64,000 bases of DNA from NCBI GenBank assembly GCA_038496445.1, contig JALMLS010000093.1, forward strand, positions 620,001-684,000, read 5' to 3'. The notes under the pieces were generated by a model, which was given only the letters and a program-made list of their open reading frames with translations, was not told where the DNA came from and did not search any database. Position 1 is the first letter of the stretch; every line of letters starts with the position of its first letter. Both the position numbers and the translations under genes were made by a program. This stretch comes from Trichosphaerium sp. ATCC 40318 (lineage: Eukaryota > Protista > Tubulinea). This document shows, one piece after another, positions 12,501-25,645 of this stretch.

Positions 12501-13932
12501 TTTGTGATGGCTTCTTTCAAGAATGTTTCAACTTTTTTAGCAAACGGTGCAAGCCCTTTCATTTGTATCTTTCCGTTCCCGTCCAAACCTGAGAAGGTGC
12601 AAGCATAGTCAAATACTTGCTTAGCATCAAATCGAGAACGAACTTTCTTCTTCAGTACTATGGATATCAAATTAGTAAAATGACATAAATATAAATATAA
12701 AATCAAAGAGCTTTTGAACTCTGCCATTAACCGTAAGCTCTTGATTAGTTTTCATAAAGTGAACTAGTTTAAAAGAAATATACGATAGGGATGTATATAG
12801 GGTGAAACTTAAGTCCAAAATTGATGCTTACCTAGCATTTTATTTTTTGATTCAATGTCACTATCAACAAAGTCTGTTTTATGATCTGCTGGTATAGAAT
12901 TTACACTAGATTCCCCTCTCATAAAGAAACATGCGTTTGGGTTCGCTAAACAAATAATATTAGCAAATAAGCTTCATTAAATAAACCTCTAAGCCCTCAC
13001 CACTTAAATACGCGCCATGTAAAACTTCCATCGCAGTAACAGAAAACCCATCAACCTAATTTTTAGTGAGTTTTCGCTGTTTTAATTTTAAACAAGTGTA
13101 CCCATTTATAACGATACTTGACATGTGGAGGTACTTCTTCTGGCGTTAGAATCCATCCATAACGATGAGACAGGAGATTGATAAAAAAGGCCTGTGCGGA
13201 GAAAATTATTCAACAAACAATTTTAACCTCTGACTTACATGTCCATTCTCGGCTGTACAGCGATCAAGTTCTTGTAAACATGTGGTCAATACGTCTCCTG
13301 TATGAGTGTCCTTAGGTATACCCCATCTCAGATCGACTTCAATGAGCTTAAGCTTGCGCTCCTTACAAAACTCGCGAAGCGCTGGGAAAACTTTTTTAAC
13401 AAGTACCTGTCCAAAAAAAAACCGAGTGTTAGTTTCAAATACACTACGCAATTGTCACGTGACGCACTTCTCTTTCTGCGTGAAAATCTGAAAATGTTGA
13501 AGATACAAATACCCTTACAGTCTTCCAACCATGACGTTCAGATTGTAGAACGCGAGCGTTTGCTAAAACGACTAACTTTTAAAAAAAAAATCCACGCGCT
13601 TGACATTCAAAAGTTTTTTTGTACCTTTTGATTGCGCTCTAGCGTCTATACTACGCCACTGATTGTAATATTCAGGGTCTATTGTCCTTTTAGGAGTGTT
13701 ATTTGATTTGGATCTAAAGAACGTTAACAAGCCTTTAGCTGAAGCATCGACAAATTTTCCGTTATCACCTGGGACTAGCTCTGATAGTTTTTTGTCTTTT
13801 AGTAGACGCCTTGAGTTTTCTTGGTTGTGTACGCCTTTTTTTGCTACAAACAACGTTATTCGGTCTCAAATCAGGTGGTAAGAGCGCTCTTAGAAATGGC
13901 TGATCACTAAACGTGTGATGAAGGAAGTCCAT
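9553..13932 (-). CDS. DUF4062 - NACHT-type P-loop NTPase - TPR protein (NPHP3/TEP1-like architecture), multi-exon
   Basis: RVFVSSTFSDFHAERE|VLVKKVFPALREFC...EVDLRWGI (DUF4062); Walker A GPDGVGKTT (~12265-12290); SNPLCLSVICEELRTFGVFE; kinesin-light-chain-type TPRs (HGKVHRSIADILNNMA, LGKDHPQT); TAA at 9553-9555. Confidence 0.88.
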
Positions 13933-14166
13933 TGTGACTGGCGAAGTATAGTTGACTTTTTGTTTACTGTGTTTGACCTTTGTGCAAATTGTTCAGGGAA
14001 GGAGGAACTTCGATACCCAAACTGAATCCATAGTGCCTCCCTCTATACCGCTTTTTGTTGCGATAATTCAATGAAGTGCCTAATTCTTAAACTGTTCTCG
14101 AAAGGTGTTGCGAACTCGCGAAAATAAACTATTGTGGTACACAAAATTGGTAGTTCTTTATTTCCT

Positions 14167-15953
14167 TCAACTTTGTACTTCGGTGGCTGTTGTCTTCGTT
14201 GTTACATTGTCAACGCTGGGCACTTCTTGGCTTCTTTTATCGTTATAAGATGATGGAGCCCTTGTAGCGAAAGGTTTAAATGAGTATACCTTGGTGTTTT
14301 TTATTAGTAACAGAGCAAGTTTTTTTTAGCTACCTGAAGGAAAGACAATGCCAATTGAGTTGCATAGTATAGGCCTGTGCTCAGTGATAGTTTGATTATG
14401 CCCTTTTCTTTATCCCTGGGTGGTATGGCTATGATACCAAGGCTCAGCAGCAAGATTGTTAGGAGTACAGAATTAGCAATCATGCGAGCGCGAATCTACA
14501 TTTAATCCATTAATACTAGCCATTGGAATGTGCTTGTACTGTAGCTATGAGCCCTGTAGATCGTTTTGATTTGGTATCGAATCCTACGCTCAGTCGTTTA
14601 TAAATCTAAACATCACAGTCTGTTACACTAGGCTTAACAAACAGTGCTCTGACTTACCTTAAAGATTATGATTGTGCTGTAAACCAATACAAATAGATTC
14701 GTTAAGATATTGAGTCCTGAAGACACCAGTAATATTGCGGTAGGCGTTGAAGTAGTGATTAATCGGAAAATTGAATATGTGAGTTCAAGAGCAAGCAACA
14801 AGACAAATAACACGCCAAAAAAAATTCGAAAAGAAACAGTCTTCAGGAATTTGTGAACACTGACGGAGTGTATTACTAGTGCTTCGTGCCTTAATTGTAA
14901 TATTACTATTTACATATACGTGACTTATGTGCGTACCAGTACATAGTAATCATGACATTTGTCATAGTGGAAAAAGGAGTGCTCAATGTTAATAGAAAGT
15001 CATCAACTTGATAATGATAAAACTGCCTTGAGCCGTAGAAATTTAACACGCCGAAAAACTTAACTGCAAACGTTTTGTAAGCACGTGATAGGAAAATTAT
15101 CTTAAGTGATCGTACTCGTATTCGCCAAAAGCTCCACGCTTATAGCGATAATTGGTAATGAGATTCCACAAGCTTTTGCATTTTTGAACTGAAATATTCT
15201 AAAAATAATAAACCACAAAATAACTAATTCCGGATTTTTGCGTACCTGTACAGACAAAGAGTTACAACAATCATGCAACCTAGTACCAACAGTACTTGAA
15301 ATACGCCGAACCATATTCCATCAAAATACTTCGCGCAAGCGTTGTCACCTTCAATAGGAAATGTAAGTAAACTTTTCTTTCATAGTGAACGTTAAAGCAC
15401 GTGATAAAATGCGGGCGCGTACTTGGACTAATATCGATCAACACGGTTGTACTATTATCCATAACCCCTTCAAATTCGTTGGCATCTACTTCAACAACAG
15501 GTACATTGACTTCTTTTGAGCCCTGCGCTAAGTAATAATTAATAAAAACAATGCGTTAAATAGATTTACAGTATACAAAAAACATAGAGCATCCCAGTCC
15601 GATGTGCCCCAAGGTCGAAGAAAAAGCTATAAGAACGACCTTAACTCCAGGCATTTTATACGCTTCTAAAAGCGTCCCAGGGGTATAATCATCCCTGTCA
15701 ATAAGAATAGCATCACCTTGAACGAAGTTGATGATTGATAGAGGCGGAGTTTTTGTTTATTTAACATACCCACGTTATTACTTCCGTATTCAACCACTGT
15801 TAAGTTCTTAAACGTTGAAGCTATTATGGGCGAATCTCCAAAGTATAGAGGGGCAGACTTGATGACTGATCCTGCCATTCTTCCTGTATGTATAGAAACA
15901 TCGCATGACACAAGAGTTGTAACTATTACAAGCCAAAACAAGCACAATTGCAT
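14167..15953 (-). CDS. Signal peptide + PA (protease-associated)-like domain + 7-TM receptor-like protein
   Basis: Signal MQLCLFWLVIVTTLVSC; APLYFG, GDAILID, VNVPVVEVD (PA-like); then successive hydrophobic helices (WFGVFQVLLVLGCMIVV ... TQLALSFLQVYSFKP); TGA at 14167-14169. Confidence 0.7.
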
Positions 15954-16177
15954 GATGTATTGTGACGTACGATAAAATTATTTGAAATGAAATTCTGATT
16001 GAAATTTCGGAATGCGAAGTCAAAACAGTTCATTCACTTCACAAGTTTACTTTTGGTACTATTACGAAGAGACTTTGAGTTCTATTTGTGAAGTACTAAA
16101 CTCCGGTAGTACACAGTCACAATACATTACTGCACAATGATCCCATACTGGGCTGATTGATTACGGTAGATTTTTGT

Positions 16178-19100
16178 TTAAATTCCGATATAGTTTATTG
16201 TAATAAGTAGAATAACCATACAACTTATTAAAAAGAATGCTGTAAGGAAATAAGTTCTTGAACTTATTTTTTCCTTTACTTCTGCATCGAGGAAACAAAG
16301 TGAAAGTGTAATATAACCCATAATATCACTTGAATTACTATCATTCTCTTTATCAATACTGCTATTTTGTGTGGGTTGTAAACCAATCTTTAACAAAAAA
16401 AATTAGAAAATTTGATTGCAGTTTTTGGAATTAGTATCATGTGTACCCTTATCATGTGTGTTTCTCCATCAAGGTATCTAATGTATTCATTAGTTGCAAA
16501 TATTGTATTTAGTAAAATGCGTACTTCGGCAGTAACGACAAGCTTGCTTTTGCTTCAAAGGTGCATTGTTTGTTTCCCTTTACAATAATACTCAAAGTTT
16601 CTTTCAAAGTTGAAGCACTAAGGTTTGGTACGTCAAAAACAAACTCTTCGTTCCAATATCTATTAGTATCCGATCTTGTTTGTGTTTCCGTCTTATGAGC
16701 GATTTTATGGCACTTCAACTTAGCATACAATCCGCACTTGCCTGTAACAAAAACTTTCAACGAAAAAAAATCAAAGAAGCTTTCCTTTCTTCATTGCTCT
16801 TACCTTTTGTACTTAATAAAGTAGCTTTAACCACAGTTACAGTCAAGCAGTGAGTTACCTGTCTCTCCTATTGTATTATGTTAACTAAGTTCAGGGATGA
16901 CTTAAACCGTACTAGCTTTAAGGCACGCTTGAATTTTTTGTAACTTGCTCTTTCTGTTTCAACAGCTCTTGCCAGTGATACTTTATCAATATTAAAAGCT
17001 TCACCAAGCTTTATTACTTTATCTTCAAGAACTTTCTTTGAAGAAACTGCTAATCCAATTGATTCATTGAGTACTTTGATAGAACTCTTAAATTTTTGTA
17101 AATCATCCAAAATACTTTTAGGTATATTTCGATTAACTTCCAAACTGAGGTCTTTACTAGACTCCTTTTTTTTCGTTTTCTTCGCTTTACCACTCCCCTA
17201 AGAGCATTGTTAAATTCTCAGTAGATATCATATAGTATCATGAACGTACTTCAGATGATGAGGATAAGGTTTGGTCATGTGTTGGAGGCACGAATGAGAT
17301 CTGTAATGATACCTTTTTTATTGTTAGTATTTGTTTGTATTTTTTGCGTACTGTGAAATCACTGGACTCCTCTACTACCCAAGAAGAAATCCCACTGTGT
17401 TCACCGTTGGCTATTAATCCTGTTTCATACTCGATATGACCAATTAAGAAGCTTGGGTCATCAACTTCGTTAAAAATTTCCAGCTTTACTTTTGTACTAG
17501 ACTCGCTTCTAAGTGCCGCATGCTCCCAGTCTGCCATTAAATCTGGGTATTGGCACCTTCTAGAACCATATGAAATCACAAGAAGCGGTTGATAATCAGA
17601 AGGAGGGTTGTCATGTTCGAATACATTCACGCCAATAGTGCCTATTATCATTAGTTCCTAACTTAATTGTTTGTTAAGCGAACCAAGTGGTAAGCTGCCA
17701 CCGAAAGTGTCACGTATAGAATTAGAAATACGCATCATATCATCTTTTGCTACTCCCAGAACGTCTTTATACATATGTCGAATACTTGATGCGTGCATAA
17801 CTGCCAACATCATTCGCTTTTTAAAGTCCATCACAGGAGCCTAAAAATATAAATGTAAGGACTTCGTTTCTTCTTTGCACTGTATACCATCTCAGGAGGA
17901 TCACCAAATTCTGTTTGTAGAATACTTATACTTCTTTCAAATCTACGAAAACATTGTCAAACGCTAAAAATCACGTGCTTGTGAAAGTACCTTTTGAGAA
18001 GTTTTGAAATAATACTCTTTTGTTGATGAAACATTTCAGAAAAATATGTTTGCACTGCATTAGCTTTATACAACAAGTACTCTATTCTATTACTTGGTTT
18101 ATTCTTATACTTGGATTGTCTCAGAAACTCTAAAATCAAGAAGTTAGTGGACACTATGTGCCATGGAGTGATAAATAAAGAAAAAAAAAAGAAACTTCAA
18201 CTTTCTCCGCCTGAAGATTGTTAAAAACTTGGCACGTACGCAATTTTATATATACAAACGCATCTACATGCTTTTTACTAATTAACCTCCGCCATCCTTC
18301 TATAACATCACCTTTAAATATTGTTTTATTCGGGATTATTATCCAACTCGGTTCTTCAGATGAATCACCATTAATAACATATATCTTGAGCTCTCCTTCC
18401 ACCTATTGAAACAAGAAATAAACATCTCCATATAGGAGTAACAAAAAACACGTGAATAATGAAAAGAAAAACGGCACACACGTGACTTATTCAACCTTTA
18501 AAAAAAGGGAAGAATAAACTTGATTTCTTGTTTCGTTTAGATGTCGTACACTTTGTAATCCGTATTCAAATGTATGAACCCATAATGGATCACTTGTACT
18601 TTTAACTGTCTTTGTTTTGAAAGTTTTTTGATCCACTTGAAACTCGGCCCGCCAACGTGATTTTGATAGATTTCGTGCTCTTGAAATACATAAAGTTACA
18701 ACACCCAAAGCTTCAGGTTTGCAATACTCATCAAAAGCATCACCAAGACATTTCAACTCTACAAAATACTATTAACAATAAAAAGATAATGGAAGCAAGC
18801 TAGCTCACTACGCCAAGCAAAGCTCATTGGAAGAAATCAGTGGATTCAAACAAAAGAAAATTGTGAGAAAAGCTCTTTTGAAGGCGTTCAATTTTACCTT
18901 TGATCAATGTCTCTCTATTTACTGTAAGGTCTTTTACCTTCTTTTCATATGACAGAGTGACTTGTTTTAGTTGATCAATTATAATATCAACTTCTTTCAA
19001 GTTCTTCGTTTTCAGCGATTTATCCAAAGTTTTTTCGTATTTAAATCCAAGTTGTATTTCACCTCTTGACTTTTCTTTTCCCTTATACTGAAGCACATAC

Positions 19101-20651
19101 CACTGCAGGAACGTCAAAAAGCTTGAAGTTTAGTTTACTGGTACTTACGGATAACTCAGTGTCAATCTTTCCACTGACAATTCCAGAAATCGGAACAGAA
19201 ACAAATCCAATATCTTCATTTTTTTTAACTACAGTTACTTCCACACATCCCTCAATTGTTGTGATATCTAATTATCAATAATTAAAACCAGACGAAATTA
19301 ACGTTTATATGACATACCAAACATGAACTCTTCTTCCCATACAGGAGATGAACTCTTTTTAATAACATCAGTTTTGCGCTTATCATTTTCTACAACTATT
19401 TTAACATGTGGGTTGATTATCTTGTCCCGCTTCAAATTCTTTGCTGATGCTATTCTAAATACAAAAATTAAGATAAACAGTTTACCGAAAGGTCGTTAAA
19501 GACATTACCGGACAACAAGAGTGCCCATACGCTGAGGAAAACAAGACATGTGAACTGGTTCCAAAATATTCTTCACACTTTCTTTGAAAAATTCCGCCTA
19601 AAAAACTCTGTTACCACGTGATTGTTCTGTTTGATAATTATCGTGCCTCTGCTTTAGCTGTTTCTTCTTTCTTTATGGTACGTTTTATAATCTGTTGCTT
19701 TTCTTCAAGAGCCTCCTTATGTGCCTTTTTTAGTGATGATATTTCTTCAGCATGGTTTTTAATAAGGTCTTTCTCTCTTTGTTCGTATTGTGCTTTTAAT
19801 TGCTTCAGGTCTTTTGAAAGAGCTTTAGGGCTATCAATAATATCAGAAATCTCTGAGGATAGACTATCCATCGACAATTCTCGCGTCCGTCTGCTCAAGG
19901 GTCTTATCTTTGATGAACTTTTTGTAAAACTTCCAGATTCTGACTCACCATCAGCTTGTGGGCTAGTCGACCCAATAACCTGACACATCGTAAGACACAT
20001 ATATTACGCTTAGTAAAGGGCTATCGAACCTGTATTTCAAGGTGGACTTTACCCGAAACTTCTATATCCTTAGGTTTTCGTTTTGTAAGCTCAAACCAAT
20101 CATCAACTCTTTCTAAACACAGACAACCGTCTGTTAGACACTCTATCATGAAAATCGCCCTTGTGCTTTAAAAATAAATTGACTAAGCTTACCTTCGTTA
20201 ATAGATGATAAAGGAATAGTCACTACGCCCAAAAAGTGCTTGACACTTAAAGAATCACGATGATATAAAGTTACAACTAAATTCTGATCAAGATCACTTC
20301 CTGCATAAGTTGAAAATGTCTCCTACTCTTGATCGTTAACAAAAAAACAATAGTAATAATAAAATATCACGTGATAACGTACGTTCCAAACAGGATTAAG
20401 ATTTTTTCTTACAGTCGATGTTTTACCTACACGTGAAGCACCACCAACGCACACGGTTGCGAAAGGGTCAGATGTTTCTAGTTTTAAGCTTAATCTTTTT
20501 ATTTACGATTTCAAAGTATTCAAGAACCACTCATTAACGCGCAACTATGCGTTTGAGAGTACTTATGAGTAAACGTACGTTTATCCCGAGCTACTAAATC
20601 TTTTGCTTCTCTAACTGTTACTTTTATGAGGAGACCTAACCTCTCCGCCAT
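16178..20651 (-). CDS. Multi-C2-domain, coiled-coil, tail-anchored membrane protein
   Basis: First C2: VTVREAKDLVARDK..TSDPF..KTSTVKKNLNPVWN..FLGVVTIPL. Further C2 repeats (SSPVWEEEF; KTKTVKSTSDPLWVHTF; YWNEEFVFDV). Coiled coils between them; C-terminal TM YFLTAFFLISCMVILLITINYIGI. The segments join into one gene through a GC-AG intron (19598-19646) and an intron at ~17645-17685. Confidence 0.78.
19598..19646 (-). other. GC-AG spliceosomal intron (49 nt)
   Basis: ...GCA GAG|gcacgataatt...ttttag|GCG GAA TTT; removing it bypasses a TAA and joins the coiled coil in frame to the next C2 domain. Confidence 0.65.
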
Positions 20652-21021
20652 TGTTAACGATTTGTAAAGTATAAATCGGTCAATCCGGGGTAACTTTGGG
20701 TTTGTAACCTGAAGATTTTAAGTGAAAGGGAATGTACGAAATCCCAGTGCGTTACCAATGACACTAGTAAATTTCGTTTTTATCTGAAGTGACATTGTCT
20801 GATGTAATCTCTTCTTGTTTGGGTACCCAAAAGACAGCCCGATATTTTCTTGCATACTGTCTAACATAGCACACCATTTACTGCAAAGATATGAAGTTAC
20901 ACGCTGTAATATAAGTCGTTTGATATGCTCTAACAGACAACGGCTTTTGTTCAAATAAAAAATCTTGTTTCGCGAAACTACTTTATTCTTCCTCTACAAC
21001 ACGCAAAAGTTCCTACCTTCG

Positions 21022-21597
21022 CTATAATTCGGCTTGTGGTGATACATCATCAACGTTTAAAGTATCTTCACTTGTTGTACCTAAAGTCGAACCGAACATA
21101 CTCTGTAGCTGAAGCCCCAAGCAAATTAAGATGCAAATAAGGATTACCCACGTGTGCCACGTTGTTGAAGAGGTCCCAGGCTTATAATTGTTAACGTCAT
21201 TCCGAAGCGTCGTTATCTGTTTTGAAAGGGCTTCAAGCTGAGCTTGTACGTTATGAAGCTTTTTACTACCAGATTTAGAACTGGAGGAAGTAACAATGAT
21301 GTCGGAGCTGTTTTCATGTTTTGTGCTTGACTTTCTTTTAGAATGACGCTTGTTGTCTCCCCTTGGTATCACTTGTACTGAATGACGCTGCATCTTCTCT
21401 TTACTATCAGTGATAAAGGTTAATTACAAAAAGGGTGAATAAAAAAGCCAATCGGCAACCGGATAAACAAAGTAGATCGAAAGAAGGCCTTGTTATAGTT
21501 TTATCTCTCCTATATCTTTTTTTAATTACCTCCGCTGCTTTTTATCTTTTGCATCACTGTGCTTGCTATCTTTTGATTTCTGCTCCTTTGTGGCCAT
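21022..21597 (-). CDS. Small basic/coiled-coil single-pass membrane protein, 2 exons
   Basis: Exon 1 MATKEQKSKDSKHSDAKDKKQR (ATG 21597) splices GT-AG in frame to ORF 21022-21393, which has a heptad segment LHNVQAQLEALSKQITTLRNDV and TM WVILICILICLGLQL. Confidence 0.6.
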
Positions 21598-22694
21598 TGT
21601 TTTATACACACTATTTTAAATAATCTACGTCTTACCAACGGTATCTGACCACGTGACGAAAAATTCGTGTAGTAGTCAAAATACAGTCAAATTGACATAA
21701 ATTTTAAAATGCAAGTTTGAAGCACAGAGAACAATAAGAAAATAAAGAATCGAACAACAGAAGAAGATTTGGACACTTGGCTATACTAAGGAGCAATAAA
21801 AACGGCTGCGAATTAACAAACAACTTACTAGCACCTAGCGCGAATGCTGGCACATACTCATGCGTAAAGAGGAGTATAAAACGTGAGATTTAACGTTAAA
21901 ACGTCAAAAAAATTATAAGCGCTTCCAAAGTATCTTGCGCTGAGTGTGCGGTATTATTATAGCGTAATAGTACGTTTTAGAGTAAAGGAGACTACTTCTG
22001 GACCTTAGAGGACGTCAACAGAGCTAACAATGTACAAAATAAAATAATGGTTACGAACACGTGCGGTCGCAATAATATGTATGCGTTGTAGGCGTGGATT
22101 TAGTTTTCCAGAATTGACAAGATATTGTAAGAACCAACAGAAGTTGCAAGATCTGTCAGATCTGAGTAAACAAAAACTAAAAGTCACAAACAGCAAAAAA
22201 GTTGCACAGTGTTGCAAACTTGAACGATACGGACATACTCATCTAATTTCACTTCTTCTCCGCTTTAAGGATACACGTCATCAAGAACTGTCTTTTCTGG
22301 CGTCCTTCACTGCATCCAACAAGTTTACAGTTTTGACGCTTCCTTGTTTACTTAAGTATCATTCTCGCAACTACATCCAGTCTTCTTCAGACTAAAAAAT
22401 TCTAGTAAAATTCTGGTTGTTGCAAGGCACGTGACTCTAAAGTTGGTGCTATTGTGCACAGATGATTATACCGTCCGTTCAGATCATCAAATTTCGTCAA
22501 TGCTCGTGCTTGTATGATGGACGTTGTGTCGGTCCTTTTACCACTTTAACCTTGTTATTAATGTACTGATCAAAGTAATAAATTCATGGACTGCTGAATA
22601 GTTTTATCTCCAAAGAAGTATCCAAAAGGTGAACGTTTTAAAGGAGTACAGAGCAGGATGAATGGTGGTTTATTTACCAGTGGTTACAAGATTC

Positions 22695-23838
22695 TTACAC
22701 TCGTTCCCAGAATGAACCTGCACATAATGGGTCTAACAAACATTCTGGAGTGTTGAAACAGAAGTTTGAGCAAACACGACCAACACAATTTGAAGCAAAG
22801 ATACATGGGTTTTATTGTGAGAGTTGGAAGCATCTTCTTTGATTTCTACATCTTTGTTGAACAGGTCTGGTTGGAGGTTCGTTTGTATTCCTTGTCTGTA
22901 CAATAAAATAGTTAGTGATTATTTGTTGTCAAAAAAAAGAGATGAGTTCTCTTGCGTACATGTTTCCTCCTTCATTTGATCGAATTGATCGAAGCAGCGA
23001 TATCTTGAGTTGCAGATGGGATTGCTTCATAGTTTCTGCAAATCACAGAAACCTCAATTTCATCACATTCAAGTCATCGATGTTGGCATTTCCAAGAGGA
23101 CATTTGTGTGCCTAAAATAATACAATCACGTGTTAGCACAAGTGGCTTACAAATACATTTGGTAAAATGTCTAAATAAATAAACAAAAAGGGTCGTACCA
23201 ACACGATACAACTGGCTGACTGCAAATGTACAATACGTTGATGTCAGTATTAGGAAACGCAGACAGAATATCATATTCAACAAGACCATATATAAATCAC
23301 CATTGACGGTACACAAGCATTAATAGCATGTTAATATCTGTTGCCATCAGCATGGAAGTAGTTGTATTTTGTGATGATACTGAGTCTCAATGTGGCTGAA
23401 TAAGTAACACTAGAGTTTGTTTCAACAACTCGAAAGTTCCAACAAGCTAAAGATGAGTTAGATACACGCATGTGAGTAGTAAAAAGCAATAAGAGTGTAC
23501 GTGCTTTCTCCGTTTTGAATCAAGTTTACAGGAGCAAACCCATTGCCACGTACACCTGGATAAACCAGTGATGCTGATCCTTTTACGTCCACGTAGTTCG
23601 ACAGACCGTAGGCGCTACCAAAGATACTCGCAGTTGATCTCAATGCGTTTGGAGGACCAGGTACTCTCGTCACTGTCATGTCACGTCTACCTCCAACAAC
23701 AGAGGCATCGATGATTGTATCAGATACAACAGGGTTGTTTTCTTTAGCCATTATACTTTGAATGGCTGTAAACGGATCAATGAGAATACTGTATGTCGTT
23801 GCAATTGATATAGCAACAAGTAGAAGGGACCGTTTCAT
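22695..23838 (-). pseudogene. Decayed inverted paralog of the gene at 25646-27121
   Basis: Same exon/intron layout. Exon 1 is open but diverged; exon 3 has a ~210-bp deletion; the last exon has a further deletion and a CAA>TAA change (tctcacaaTaaaaccca). Confidence 0.85.
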
Positions 23839-25645
23839 GTTGAAAGATAGTAAATTTGTAACAAGATGATATTGTCAAACATACACAATTTCAAACTCAC
23901 AAGACATAACCGAGATTTTGTATTGGTACAACGATGGGATACAACAAAATCATAGTTAGTGTTACCCTTTACAATGCAGATTTTATAACTTGAGGAACTT
24001 CCGCTCTAACGCTGTAAGATACAGCGATAAAGCACCGCCAATAAAATACATGATGACAATTTTTAACAGTTGTTGTACTTCCCATCTTTTATTCGCACTA
24101 CGCCATGTGAACACTCACATGTGCCTTTGAGCATATATATGGCGCCTTTACAATAGAACGACAACCTTAGTAACCACTGTTAGTCTTACCCTGAGTTACA
24201 ACAAAATATTGTAAACCTTGAGTTGCTTTTTCGTGATCAAAGTACGCTGTTAGCTTTGTATTATTTTGGTAATTTGTCATGCTAACTATGAAACCGTATT
24301 CAACAAACCATTACCTGTATCAGCAACAATGTTTACACAGTTTAAAACAATGTTTTCACAGAAAAATTACAGGGTTATGTTTGATGACACGTGTCATATC
24401 TCTGCTTAAACTACACCTTAATACAGTACCAAATCTTTTATGGATAAATATGACGCTATTTGTACATATTGTGTAACGTCATAGATAAAACCTGGTGCCC
24501 CAGATTTTGTAACAAAACTTGGATAGTTTATTCTTTCTCGTACAAAACAAATCCACAACATGCGAAATTTACAAAAATACTTGATATTTTTGACAAAATG
24601 TCTGGCTATTTGGTTTTTCTGAGGTTTCTATGAAAGTTGGGAAGTTGTCAAAAATCTTGTTGGAGATTATTTTCTGACATTGTGAACATGATACGTTACA
24701 CAGTCCAAAGGAGTGACAGGATATGTTGCTTATGTTGCCTGTTTCACGGGACTTTTATGAGCAGTATAAGGTTGTCACTGGAGTAGATAGTCGTGCTGAT
24801 GTTGTTCAAAGTCCTAAATGTACAGAACAAGAGGCTCAATTTTACCAGGAGGTTGCTCTACCTTTGTAGCGAAAAGCACTAGGTTTTACCGGCAGTAAAT
24901 AATCTCCAACAAGATTCTAGCAACTTCCCAACTTTCACAGCGGTACTTACCTAACACGTTACTTGAAAATAAACGCCTATCCCTCTTAATACCTTTAAAA
25001 CAAAGTAACCACTCTATAGTTTGTTCAAGCACAGTCACCGCTTGAATGTTGAACAGCAACACAAACTCAACATGCAAGCAAATTTCGGTGACTACATTAT
25101 TTTAACCTATTCAACGAAGAAAAAAAAGGTTACCAAGATGCTAAAAGGAAGTAAAATGAATGCTTTTCTTATGCTTTCTGAATCACGGTAAATGTTTGTT
25201 AACATTACAACATTTTTTTAACTTGTTTAGTTTTTGCATCAACTTTTTCCTTCCAGGGCTAGTCATTCAAAAGGGTACCTAGGTGATCTTACTTTAATCT
25301 AAAGCGACGCAATATAGACGCGTCAAGAGCGCGTGTATGTGGTTTTGTACAATGTGAATGAACCAGGGATAGGAAGTACATAGAATGCCAACAACAATAA
25401 AAACCCTTTGCTAGAATTGTTTCTTAACATAAAGTATACATTACATGGTACTAGCGCAGGATAATGGAAGTACCATAGTGGATACGTAAAAAACAACAGT
25501 GGCTAAGAAAAATGCAGTAACAACCCTAACTGTGTTACCACGATGAGTTAAAGTTGTGGTGGAAGAACATGTGATTTTCAAGTTGTTTTTTTTGTTGAAA
25601 AATAAAGGAGACTGAAACATTCAAAACCATCTTTATCCCTTCAAC

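Noticed and set aside
21700-22400. ORF 22081-22395 and upstream fragments with faint LRR-like wording
   Set aside because: Several stops and no consistent repeat register or splice model; possibly a relic but not supportable.
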